Part shown: positions 48,082-56,682 of the stretch, one piece after another
How the letters are laid out: the number at the start of each line of letters is the position of its first letter
Numbering within the stretch: position 1 is the stretch's first letter
Origin: Deltaproteobacteria bacterium
Lineage (GTDB): Bacteria; Desulfobacterota; Binatia; UBA12015
Direction: 5' to 3'
Assembly: GCA_046583355.1 (NCBI GenBank)
Contig: JAYGCM010000070.1
Span: forward strand, 1-56,682
DNA length: 56,682 bases
Notes under the pieces: model-generated
The model's input: only the letters and a program-made list of their open reading frames with translations
What the model was told of the DNA's origin: nothing
Database searches by the model: none
Program-made: the position numbers and the translations under genes

Positions 48082-48495
48082 CTACTCTTCTGCGGCCAGA
48101 GCGGCCCGCGTATGCGTGATCGCCGCCGCCAGGGTTTTGCGCCGCGCGGTGATCACCACCACAGCGTCGCCCCTGTGCAGGATATCGGGTGTCGCAATCA
48201 GTTCGCCATAGCGTTTGAGGGCTACACGGAGGGCCACCAGCGAGGTCCGCCCGGCAAAACGGTCGTCTACGATGCGTGCGAAGTCCTCAGCGCGCTCATG
48301 CGGATAGACAAACTCGCCCCAATCCTGGGGTGGCACGCGGATTCCCTGATCGGCCAGCACCTGCAACTTGGCGCCATACTCCTCAAAGAGGGTCAGATGA
48401 GTCTCGACCACTTCGGGGTATTGGGTAAAATAGCACCCGGCCGCGAGAATCAGGGCGAGAAATAAGGACGGAAATGCGATCGCCTTCTTGACCAT
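48082..48495 (-). CDS. Hypothetical lipoprotein
   Basis: MVKK, hydrophobic stretch, then LAAGC lipobox. Confidence 0.6.
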   Translation of the reverse strand: MVKKAIAFPSLFLALILAAGCYFTQYPEVVETHLTLFEEYGAKLQVLADQGIRVPPQDWGEFVYPHERAEDFARIVDDRFAGRTSLVALRVALKRYGELIATPDILHRGDAVVVITARRKTLAAAITHTRAALAAEE

Positions 48496-48537
48496 TTCGA
48501 CTCGAGTTCTTAGCATGGAGTTCGGGCGTTAGAGCCT

Positions 48538-49641
48538 ATGCCCACACTACCACCGATTTATTTCGAGCGCTTGCTCGAGGACTCGCCCGATATCATCATC
48601 GCGGTCGATCGCCAGGGCGAGATTATATTTTACAACGAGGGTGCGCGCACCACTCTTGGTTATAGCGCAGCCGAGGTTGCCGGCCATGGCGTCGGGCTGG
48701 TCTACGCCTCGGTCGAGGAGGCGCGCCGGGTCATGGAGGCCATGCGCGACCCGGCCAACGGCGGCCTCGGCAAAGTCCGCAACTTCCAGACCCGACTGAA
48801 GATGCGCAATGGCGAAGAACTCGATGTTGCCATCTCCGGCGCGTTGATCTTCGACGGCGAGGGTCTCGAGCTTGGCTCGATCGGCTTCGCCAAAGACCTG
48901 CGTGAGATCCACCGTCAGGACCAACTCGCCACGCTCGAGGAAATTGCCGTGAGCGTCGCCCATGAGGTCAACAACCCACTTGCGGCGATCCTCAACAATC
49001 TCTCCATGCTCGAAGGCGATGTGCAGAGGCTTGCCGGCGAGAGCGATTGCGCCGTCGAGCAGGAGCGCATCGACTCGATCACGGGCTCGATCGGGAAAAT
49101 CCAGACCATCGTCAACCGTCTCTCCGAGATGGCCACCGAGAGATATTACGGCACGCGGGAGTATCTACCGGGCACCCGCATGGCCGACCTCGGGCCCGGG
49201 CTCGATGATGCGCCAAAGCGAGACCAAGCGGCGGGCAACACCAAGCCGAGCACCCCGACCCTGCCCTTGGCCGGTTTGAAGATTCTGGTTGTCGACGACG
49301 ACCTCGCGGTCTGCCAATCGGTAAGCGAATTATTGCGGGCGCAGGATTGCATCGTCCAGACCGCGGCCAATGGCTTGCAGGCGCGCGACCTCGTCGACCA
49401 GCGAACCTTCGATTGCGTACTCAGCGACGTCGTGATGCCGGGCCTCGATGGCTACGATCTCTTCGTCTACATCCGTGAGCATTACCCCGCGACACCCGTT
49501 GTCTTGATGACCGCCTTTTTCTACGACCGTGACCACATCATCAAGCGCGCGAAGCTCAAAGGTCTTGAGGGCGTCCTCTATAAAAAACCGGTCAAACCGG
49601 CCCGCCTCCTCGAGATCCTGCGCCAACAATGCCACCGCTGA
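48538..49641 (+). CDS. PAS-HisKA(DHp)-receiver signalling protein lacking a HATPase domain
   Basis: PAS domain, AHEVNNPL H-box, short linker, receiver (VVDDD, SDVVMPG.DG, MTA, KP). Confidence 0.8.
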   Translation: MPTLPPIYFERLLEDSPDIIIAVDRQGEIIFYNEGARTTLGYSAAEVAGHGVGLVYASVEEARRVMEAMRDPANGGLGKVRNFQTRLKMRNGEELDVAISGALIFDGEGLELGSIGFAKDLREIHRQDQLATLEEIAVSVAHEVNNPLAAILNNLSMLEGDVQRLAGESDCAVEQERIDSITGSIGKIQTIVNRLSEMATERYYGTREYLPGTRMADLGPGLDDAPKRDQAAGNTKPSTPTLPLAGLKILVVDDDLAVCQSVSELLRAQDCIVQTAANGLQARDLVDQRTFDCVLSDVVMPGLDGYDLFVYIREHYPATPVVLMTAFFYDRDHIIKRAKLKGLEGVLYKKPVKPARLLEILRQQCHR

Positions 49642-49663
49642 AGCGGAGCAAGAAAGAAAATTC

Positions 49664-50299
49664 ATGGCGATCCGAATCAACCGCGTTTATACCCGCACCG
49701 GCGATGGCGGCCAGACCCGCCTGGTTGGCGGCGCCGCCGTGAGCAAGGACTGCCTGCGCGTGGAGGCCTACGGCACGGTGGATGAACTGAACTCGATCCT
49801 CGGAGTCGCAAGAGCGTTCAACGACCAGCCAGGCGCCACGACCGCCCCGGCCGCGCAAGCCGAACTCGCGGCCATCCTCGAGGCCCTGCAAAACGAACTC
49901 TTCGACCTGGGCAGCGAATTGGCGACACCACCGGCCGACGCGTGGGAGGGCATGATCACCATCGCGGCGGCCGAGGTCGAAGGATTGGAGAAGACCATCG
50001 ACCGCTGTCAGGAAGACTTGGAAGATCTCGAATCCTTCATCCTGCCGGCCGGCGGGCATCTGCCCGCAACCCTGCACCATGCGCGCACCGTATGCCGACG
50101 CGCCGAGCGCGACGTGATCCGGCTCAAACGTGAGGAAGAGGTAGGCGCCGAGCTCATCAAATACCTCAACCGGCTCTCCGACCTGCTCTTCGTTCTGGCG
50201 CGCTGGGTCAGCAAGAAAAGCGGCATACCCGAAGTGCTTTGGGAAAAGGGCCTGCGCCTGGGCGAGGCCGAGCGCCGCGCCAAAATGAACCGCGACTAG
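49664..50299 (+). CDS. ATP:cob(I)alamin adenosyltransferase (PduO type)
   Basis: YTRTGD.G.T, YGTVDELNS, R.VCRRAER, YLNRLSD. Confidence 0.92.
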   Translation: MAIRINRVYTRTGDGGQTRLVGGAAVSKDCLRVEAYGTVDELNSILGVARAFNDQPGATTAPAAQAELAAILEALQNELFDLGSELATPPADAWEGMITIAAAEVEGLEKTIDRCQEDLEDLESFILPAGGHLPATLHHARTVCRRAERDVIRLKREEEVGAELIKYLNRLSDLLFVLARWVSKKSGIPEVLWEKGLRLGEAERRAKMNRD

Positions 50300-50313
50300 A
50301 GGAACGACAAACC

Positions 50314-51009
50314 ATGACTGAGAAATCCGAGCCCCGCCTCTACCTGAAACAAATCGAAATCGGACCGATGCAGAACTTCGCGTATCTGATCGGCGACAGC
50401 GAGACGCATGAATGCGTAGTGGTCGATGCCGCCTGGGATATCGACGCCATCGCCGGCATCGCTGCGGCCGACGATATGAAGATCACCGCCGGCCTCGTCA
50501 CACATTTCCACCCCGACCATATGGGCGGCTCCATGATGGGCATGGAGATCACCGGCGCCGCCGAGTTGATCGCCTCGCAGTCGGTCAAGATTCACCTTCA
50601 TAAAAGCGAAGTGCCCTACGCCCATCAGGTGGCCCAACTCTCTGACTCCGATCTTGTCGCCACCGAAGGCGGCGACAAGCTCCAGGTCGGCGATATCGAA
50701 ATCACTTTCCTGCATACGCCCGGCCACACCCCAGGCTCGCAATGCTTTCTCGTCGACGGCCATATCGTCTCGGGCGATACCCTTTTCATCGGCGCCTGCG
50801 GCCGCGTCGACCTGCCCGGCAGTAACCCCGAAGACCTCTACCGCTCACTCAACGATACGCTCAAAAAGCTGCCGGAGCCGACGATTCTATTTCCCGGCCA
50901 CAACTACGCGCACAAGAAGACCTCGACGATCGGCGAAGAGGTCCGTACCAACCCCTATATGCGCTTCGGCAAGCTAGGCGATTTTCTTTCCGCCATGGGG
51001 CATGGCTGA
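50314..51009 (+). CDS. Metallo-beta-lactamase-fold hydrolase (glyoxalase II-like)
   Basis: THFHPDH, TPGHTPG, GDTLF, PGH. Confidence 0.9.
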   Translation: MTEKSEPRLYLKQIEIGPMQNFAYLIGDSETHECVVVDAAWDIDAIAGIAAADDMKITAGLVTHFHPDHMGGSMMGMEITGAAELIASQSVKIHLHKSEVPYAHQVAQLSDSDLVATEGGDKLQVGDIEITFLHTPGHTPGSQCFLVDGHIVSGDTLFIGACGRVDLPGSNPEDLYRSLNDTLKKLPEPTILFPGHNYAHKKTSTIGEEVRTNPYMRFGKLGDFLSAMGHG

Positions 51010-51027
51010 AGGCCGCCGCGTGACGGC

Positions 51028-52032
51028 TCAGTCGCCGTCCGTGATCGAGGCGCGCACCTCGATATCGGCGATATCGGGGACTTCTTCGAGCATGAAAACC
51101 CGTAGGCGCTTGCGGATGCGCTCCTCGATCTGCCGCACCCGCTCGCGGCTCACGCCGTAGCGCTCGCCGAACTCGCGCAGGGTGAGCGGCTCCTCGGCGA
51201 TCATGCGCTCGTCGAAAATCTCGCGGTCTCGCCCCGCAAGCGTCGCGCCGAACTCCCGGATCTTGGTGGCGATCAGGTTTCTCGCCTGCGATTCGGCGTA
51301 GGTGGACTCGGTATCGCGCGTCCCGCCACTGAGGAAGTCGAGCATCGTGGACTCGCCCCCCTCGCCCACCGGCGCATCCACCGAGACATCGCGCGCCGAG
51401 AGTCGCTGGTCCATTTCGATGACCTCGGAGGTCTTGACCGCCAGCCTATCCGCAATCAGCTTGGGGTCCGGCGCAAAACCCTCTTGCTCAAGCCGGGCCT
51501 TTTCTTTTTGCAGGTTGAAAAAAAGCTTGCGCTGCGCCTGCGTCGTGCCGACTTTGACCTGGCGCCAATTGTTCATCACATAGCGAATGACATAGGCGCG
51601 GATCCACCAGACGGCGTAGGTGGGAAAGCGCACACCGCGGTAGGGGTCGAAGTTTTTGAGCGCTTCGAGGAGACCGATATTCCCCTCCTGGACAAGGTCA
51701 AGGAGATTCTTGAAGGCGCGCTCGTAACGGCGCGCAATCGAGATCACCAGACGCAGGTTGGCGGTGACCAACTGGCGCCCTGCCTCGCGGTCGTCGTCCT
51801 CGCGCCAGCGCACAGCCAGCGCATGCTCTTCCTCGGCGTCGATCAGAGGATGACGCCGCACCTCAGCCAGATAGGCCGACAGAGGGTCGCGCGGGACAAG
51901 CGCATTCGAGTCGGCCGCGCCGGCGTCTTCCGTGTGGACTTCTTCGGGCTCGACAAGGTCCGCGTCTACGACCTCACCCGAAGGCGGTGCGGCCGGATCG
52001 TCGCGAGATTTCAGATCGTTGGCCTGAGTCAG
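51028..52032 (-). CDS. rpoH: RNA polymerase sigma-32-type factor
   Basis: RpoH box [28 protein letters not shown]; frame stays open upstream of 51861 and includes region 1.2 ([10 protein letters not shown]); start uncertain, CTG 52032 proposed. Confidence 0.85.
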   Translation of the reverse strand: MTQANDLKSRDDPAAPPSGEVVDADLVEPEEVHTEDAGAADSNALVPRDPLSAYLAEVRRHPLIDAEEEHALAVRWREDDDREAGRQLVTANLRLVISIARRYERAFKNLLDLVQEGNIGLLEALKNFDPYRGVRFPTYAVWWIRAYVIRYVMNNWRQVKVGTTQAQRKLFFNLQKEKARLEQEGFAPDPKLIADRLAVKTSEVIEMDQRLSARDVSVDAPVGEGGESTMLDFLSGGTRDTESTYAESQARNLIATKIREFGATLAGRDREIFDERMIAEEPLTLREFGERYGVSRERVRQIEERIRKRLRVFMLEEVPDIADIEVRASITDGD

Positions 52033-52226
52033 TCGGCTTCGGGGCGAACGACCGTGACTTTGCCTGCGGCGATCTCGCGCAGAGCGCTGACGACTTCCTT
52101 GTTATTGGCGTCGATCAGTGGCCGGGAGCCTTTCAGCAGCTGCTTGGCGCGCTTGGACGCCAGCACAACGAGCTCAAACCGGCTCGGGACCTTCTCCAGA
52201 CAATCTTCTACTGTAACGCGTGCCAT
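52029..52226 (-). CDS. rpoZ: RNA polymerase omega subunit
   Basis: [26 protein letters not shown]. Confidence 0.95.
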   Translation of the reverse strand: MARVTVEDCLEKVPSRFELVVLASKRAKQLLKGSRPLIDANNKEVVSALREIAAGKVTVVRPEAD

Positions 52227-52328
52227 AAGGACTCCTTCTCAGCTGGTCACCTTAGCGGACAATAGCCCAGCCTGCATATCTCACTAGAAATCTACAACGA
52301 GCGCCAAAGCAGTGAATATTCCAAACAT

Positions 52329-52348
52329 CCTCCCAGCGAGCTGGGAGG
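52329..52348 (-). terminator. Hairpin downstream of the hypothetical gene
   Basis: CCTCCCAG/CTGGGAGG 8-bp stem with a weak U tail on the minus strand. Confidence 0.45.
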
Positions 52349-52364
52349 CCAAGGAAGCCGGTGG

Positions 52365-52808
52365 CTAATTCGATGCGTGCGGGTCGGCGCGGGCAATCAT
52401 ATCGGAGATTTCCGAGCGATTGCGGCTGGCCTGGTCGCGTAGGCCGCTGACCAGGATAGCGTCCTCGGGGCGCTCATCGTCCCAGCGGGCCTTGAGCCGA
52501 CCGAGGTGACGCACCAGGGAGCGGTAGTCTTCGAGCGTACCGAGCAGCCGCTCCCAGCTGCTGGCGCCGTCGCGCAGGACGGCCGATGCATTTGCCTCGG
52601 CGTAGCGGCCGAGCTCGGCCAGACGCGCCGCGACGCTGGCCGCGTTGGCCTCTTCGGTTGCCAGCAGCGCTTGCAGACGCTCGGCCACATGCGGATAGGG
52701 CGCCCGCTCGGCATGCTCGTCGAGTTGACGCTCGAGGCGTCGATACTCGGCATAGAGCGTTTCGAGTTCATCGGCGACACGACTCTCTTCTGTGCGAAAC
52801 CAGGCCAC
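52365..52808 (-). CDS. Hypothetical all-helical protein (possibly ferritin-like)
   Basis: 147 aa with a four-helix amphipathic pattern; no clear ExxH pairs. Confidence 0.6.
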   Translation of the reverse strand: MAWFRTEESRVADELETLYAEYRRLERQLDEHAERAPYPHVAERLQALLATEEANAASVAARLAELGRYAEANASAVLRDGASSWERLLGTLEDYRSLVRHLGRLKARWDDERPEDAILVSGLRDQASRNRSEISDMIARADPHASN

Positions 52809-52846
52809 GATGCCGAGGTTTACCGGCGCCGGCCGGCGCTTTCAAC

Positions 52847-53617
52847 TCAGGCCTCCGGCGGGGTCTCCCACCTGCTTCCGGGCGCAGCCCGGAGATGAAC
52901 GAAAATCTCGACGTTTCCCTTCTTGGCTCCGGGCAGAGTCGAGTCCTGCACCGCGCAGCAGACCAGCCCCAGACCGAGCGCCGTCTCGACCACGGCATCC
53001 ACGGCCGACCGGCGGATGGCCGGGTCGCTCACCAGTCCGCCCTTGCCCACCTGCTCGCGCGCCACTTCAAACTGGGGCTTCACCAGAGCGATGATATCGC
53101 GCGGTCCTGCCAATTGCGCCACGGTGGGCGCCAGGATCACGCGCAAAGAAATGAACGACGCATCGATCACCGCCAGCGTGGGCACCGGGTCGAGTAGGCC
53201 CTCCAGCTTGCGGATATTGGTCCGCTCCATCACCCGGACACGAGCATCCTGGCGCAGCTTCCAAGCGAGCTGGCCGTAGCCGACATCGATTGCGTGCACG
53301 AGACTCGCACCGCGTTGCAGGAGGCAATCGGTGAAGCCGCCGGTGGATGCGCCGACATCGACACAGATGCGCCCGGCCGGGTCGAAATCGAACCCGTCGA
53401 GCGCGCCGGCCAGCTTCACGCCCCCGCGCGAAGCATAGGGATGGGCGGGACCATCGAGCTTCACTTCCTGCTCGGCGCGGATGCGGTAGCCGGCCTGGTT
53501 CACCCGCTCCCCCTCGACCCGGACCAGGCCCGCCAGAATCAGCCGTTGGGCGCGCTCGAGGCTCTCGGCAAGCCCGCGCGCCACGACCGCGACGTCAAGC
53601 CGCTCGCGCGACGACAC
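52847..53617 (-). CDS. tlyA: TlyA-family rRNA 2'-O-methyltransferase
   Basis: RLD S4 domain, SRGG.KL, DVGASTGGFTD, DVGYGQL, KPQFE; GTG start 53617. Confidence 0.93.
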   Translation of the reverse strand: MSSRERLDVAVVARGLAESLERAQRLILAGLVRVEGERVNQAGYRIRAEQEVKLDGPAHPYASRGGVKLAGALDGFDFDPAGRICVDVGASTGGFTDCLLQRGASLVHAIDVGYGQLAWKLRQDARVRVMERTNIRKLEGLLDPVPTLAVIDASFISLRVILAPTVAQLAGPRDIIALVKPQFEVAREQVGKGGLVSDPAIRRSAVDAVVETALGLGLVCCAVQDSTLPGAKKGNVEIFVHLRAAPGSRWETPPEA

Positions 53618-54503
53618 TGCGCAACAACGCGCGGAGAGGTGCTCCGCGACGCCCCATGGGCGCGATGGCGTCGAGCGCCTTCGCCTCTTCGGCCAGCGCC
53701 GCACGGCGAGCGCCGTCCAGGCCCAGCAGCCCCGGATAGGTGGCCTTGCCACGCGCCCGGTCGCCGCCGCCCTGCTTGCCCAGCACTTGCATATCGGCCG
53801 TCTCGTCAAGTAGATCGTCAACGATCTGAAAGGCGAGTCCGAGCGACTCGCCATAGACCGTAAGACGCGCCAATGCGGCTCGGTCGGCCCCACCGGCGAT
53901 CGCTCCCGCGCGCACCGCAGCGCGGATCAGCGCGCCGGTTTTGCGGCGGTGGATGCCATCGACGGTCTTGCGCCCGACGCCCCTGCGCCCTTCCGACGCC
54001 ATATCGGCCAGCTGCCCAGCGACCATGCCAATGCTGCCGGCGCCAAGTGCAATTTCGGAAATGATCTGCACCTGTCGGCGCGCGCCGTCGGCATCGCGCG
54101 CCACCGTTGCGGACAGGACTTCGAAGGCTTCCGTGAGAAGCGCGTCGCCGGCCAGAATCGCTGTGGCCTCATCGAATTTCCGATGCAAAGAAGGCTTGCC
54201 GCGACGCAGAGCATCGTCGTCCATCGCTGGCAGGTCATCATGCGCAAGCGAGTAGGCATGGATCATCTCAACCGCGCAGCCGGCCGCCATCGCGCGGCGG
54301 CGGCGCCGCGCCCCACCCACAGCCTCGGCAGCAGCGAGCGCCAGAACAGGGCGCACGCGCTTGCCGGGGCCAAGGACAGCGTAGCGCATGGCACGGGTCA
54401 AGATCGCCGGGCGGCCGCGACGCGGCGCGAGAATCACACCAAGCGCCGTCTCCACCTCCTGGCGGCGCTCGCCGAGGTAGCTGTGTAGAGCTCCGGGCGT
54501 CAC
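53595..54503 (-). CDS. ispA: Farnesyl/geranyl diphosphate synthase
   Basis: GKRVRP, HDDLPAMDDD..RRG, KTG, FQIVDDLLD. Confidence 0.92.
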   Translation of the reverse strand: MTPGALHSYLGERRQEVETALGVILAPRRGRPAILTRAMRYAVLGPGKRVRPVLALAAAEAVGGARRRRRAMAAGCAVEMIHAYSLAHDDLPAMDDDALRRGKPSLHRKFDEATAILAGDALLTEAFEVLSATVARDADGARRQVQIISEIALGAGSIGMVAGQLADMASEGRRGVGRKTVDGIHRRKTGALIRAAVRAGAIAGGADRAALARLTVYGESLGLAFQIVDDLLDETADMQVLGKQGGGDRARGKATYPGLLGLDGARRAALAEEAKALDAIAPMGRRGAPLRALLRSVVARAA

Positions 54504-54754
54504 TCGGCGTCCTCGAGATCTTCTTTGCGCAACACACCAGCCGCATCGCGCATCAGCACCTCAACGCGCTTTTCGACATCGCCCAAGCGACTATGCAACG
54601 AACGCAGCAGGCCAACGCCCGTCTCGAAGGAAGCCAACGATTCTTCCAGCGGAAGATTCCCCTGCTCCAGCCGTGTGACGATGGACTCAAGCGAATCCAT
54701 GCCCTCCTCGAAACTCGGCTCCTCGGCCTTCGTGGGCTCTTTTTTCGGGCTCAT
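54500..54754 (-). CDS. xseB: Exodeoxyribonuclease VII small subunit
   Basis: FEE....LE.IV..LE.G.L.LEESL..FE.G. Confidence 0.93.
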   Translation of the reverse strand: MSPKKEPTKAEEPSFEEGMDSLESIVTRLEQGNLPLEESLASFETGVGLLRSLHSRLGDVEKRVEVLMRDAAGVLRKEDLEDAE

Positions 54755-56118
54755 TTCTCTTCCTCCTCGGTGCGCAAACCTAGCACGCGGGCTCTCGCAA
54801 CGCCGCGTGCAAAGCGGATCTCGAGTTCGTCGTCTACGCCAAGTTCGGTTGCGTCACGCACAATCGAATCATCATCGGAACGTCGCGTAAGCGAGTAGCC
54901 CCGGTCCAATACCGCCAACGGCGAAAGAGCCTGCAAGGCGCGGCCGCGCGCGGCCAGATCCTGCCCGGCCTCGGCAAGCCGCTGGCGCATGCGCACGCGC
55001 ATCCGCACGGCGGCTTCGTCGAGAATTTGCGCCTGGACCTGTGGCCGCGGCGCAGAGGCGGCCAGACCGCCGCGCAGCCAATCGAGCCGCTCGCGCCGCG
55101 CCGGCGTGCAGCCGCGCAGCGCGATGGCCGCGCGACGAGCCAGCGTAGCGAGCGCCGTGCGACGTTGCGTGACAATCCGCTCGGGCTTGCCCAGGACCGT
55201 CTCGGCCCGCCGCATGCGCAACCGCTGGTTGGTGATGCCGGCGCGCAGGGCGTTCTCCAGGCGACCACCCAAGCTCCCGAGCTGCGCGCTCAGTTCCGCA
55301 GCTACAGGCACCACCATCTGGGCGGCCGCGCTCGGCGTCGGGGCGCGCTGGTCCGCAACCAGATCGGCAAGCGTCCAATCCGACTCATGCCCAACCGCCG
55401 AGACCACCGGAATGCGCGAACGCGCAATCGCCCGCACGACCACTTCTTCATCGAAAGCACGGAGGTCTTCGGCCGAGCCGCCGCCGCGACCGACGATCAG
55501 GACCTCGGCGCTGGCCTCGCGGTTCAGGTCGTCGATCGCATCGGCGATCTCGGCGCCGGCGCCATTTCCCTGCACCCGAACGGGGCGCAGCAGAATGCGA
55601 CGCTGCGAAAACCGGCCGTCGACGATGCGCAGGATATCGTGAATGACAGCCCCCGTGCGCGCGGTCACCACGCCGATGGTGCGCGGCAAAAAAGGCAGCC
55701 GTCGTTTGCGCGAGTCATCAAACAACCCCTCGGCAGCAAAGCGCCGGCGGTTCTCCTCGCGCAACCGCGCCAAGGCGCCCGCGCCCAATGCCTCGAGCGC
55801 ATCGAGCTGCACCGAGAGCCTTCCCGTGGGCGGATAGAAATCGACTTTGGTGACCCGAACTCGCGCCGCCATCCCATTGGCCGGCTGCGTCTGAAGCCTT
55901 GCTGCGCGGCCCGCCCAGACGACGGCATCGACCTGAGAACCCGAATCCTTGAGCGAAAAATAGAGGTGCCCTTTCGCCGCCGGGCGCAGCCCGGAGATCT
56001 CACCCTCCATCCAGAACGTGCGCGAAAAAGACTCGCTCAGGCCGACCCGGATCCGGTTGACCAGCGCCGTGACCGTAACCGCGCGCGGCCGCGCGTCCTT
56101 GGCAACCGGGGACGCCAA
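54751..56118 (-). CDS. xseA: Exodeoxyribonuclease VII large subunit
   Basis: GEIS, GHLYFSLKD, RGGGS.EDL, SAVGHE.D, APTPSAAA, L.RGY. Confidence 0.95.
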   Translation of the reverse strand: MASPVAKDARPRAVTVTALVNRIRVGLSESFSRTFWMEGEISGLRPAAKGHLYFSLKDSGSQVDAVVWAGRAARLQTQPANGMAARVRVTKVDFYPPTGRLSVQLDALEALGAGALARLREENRRRFAAEGLFDDSRKRRLPFLPRTIGVVTARTGAVIHDILRIVDGRFSQRRILLRPVRVQGNGAGAEIADAIDDLNREASAEVLIVGRGGGSAEDLRAFDEEVVVRAIARSRIPVVSAVGHESDWTLADLVADQRAPTPSAAAQMVVPVAAELSAQLGSLGGRLENALRAGITNQRLRMRRAETVLGKPERIVTQRRTALATLARRAAIALRGCTPARRERLDWLRGGLAASAPRPQVQAQILDEAAVRMRVRMRQRLAEAGQDLAARGRALQALSPLAVLDRGYSLTRRSDDDSIVRDATELGVDDELEIRFARGVARARVLGLRTEEEEK

Positions 56119-56124
56119 GGAAAC

Positions 56125-56682
56125 TCAGCCCCGCTTCGCCAGGATCGTGCTGAACACCTGCCAGCTCTTCAGAAGCTCCAAGGCGCGGTCGAGCTGTGGG
56201 TCCTGGCCAGGTTCACCAAGTTTCACCCGAAGTAGATCGACTTCGACCTCCTCTTCGCTCACCTCTTCCACCTCGACTTCGGGGGCGGCCTCCGCCTCGC
56301 CGTTCTCCAGATGTTTGGGCAAATTCGCCTCACGCAAAACCAGCGGCTGGTGGCGCGCGGCGTCCTTCGGCCGCACCCGGATTTCGTTTTCCATGAAAAT
56401 ATCGGGCGCGATGCCGGTTGCCTGAATCGAGCGACCGCTCGGGGTATAGTAGCGCGCCGTCGTCAGGCGCAAAGCCGAGAATTCGTCAAGCGGCAGTATC
56501 GTCTGCACGGACCCCTTGCCAAACGTCTCGGTGCCGAGCACGAGGGCGCGGTGGTGGTCTTGCAACGCACCGGCGACAATCTCGGCGGCGCTGGCCGTGC
56601 CGCCATTGACCAGCACGATCATGGGGAAGTCCATATGACTACCCGGACGATGGGCGAAGTATTTCTGTTTCTGACTATCGAG
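56125..56682 (-). CDS. ctpA: C-terminal processing protease S41 (partial; 5' end outside the window)
   Basis: [42 protein letters not shown]; frame open to the window edge. Confidence 0.9.
   Translation of the reverse strand, partial: LDSQKQKYFAHRPGSHMDFPMIVLVNGGTASAAEIVAGALQDHHRALVLGTETFGKGSVQTILPLDEFSALRLTTARYYTPSGRSIQATGIAPDIFMENEIRVRPKDAARHQPLVLREANLPKHLENGEAEAAPEVEVEEVSEEEVEVDLLRVKLGEPGQDPQLDRALELLKSWQVFSTILAKRG

Overview
High-GC bacterial chromosomal segment, densely coding and mostly core genes. The order xerC-hslV-hslU-argB-argD-argF-argG-argH-lipoprotein-(lysA)-dapF-dapA-dapB-folK, together with ctpA-xseA-xseB-ispA-tlyA-rpoZ-rpoH, suggests a deltaproteobacterial-lineage organism (e.g. 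Binatia- or Myxococcota-like; inference only). Other genes include mtnA, comEA, a PTPS, dusB, an exeA/exeB pair, a UvrD/PcrA helicase, comM, a GT9-epimerase-radical SAM operon, ptsP, PBP1A and tatBC. I found no tRNA, rRNA, CRISPR array or transposase; the only recombinase is the housekeeping XerC. Main oddities: (1) a Vibrio LuxR/HapR/SmcR-like TetR regulator divergent from an AurF-like diiron protein, with two LuxR-box-like palindromes between them; (2) a 116-bp near-perfect duplication of the comM 3' end bracketing a 2.2-kb integrase-less cargo, followed by TA-like modules; (3) a 167-bp almost fully self-complementary element bounded by CTAG upstream of comEA; (4) an rpoH that appears to need a non-canonical CTG start overlapping the rpoZ stop; (5) an E. 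coli-type lysA inverted inside the arg-dap cluster; (6) a PTPS-III signature suggesting a FolB bypass. All calls come from reading motifs by eye, with no database searches.
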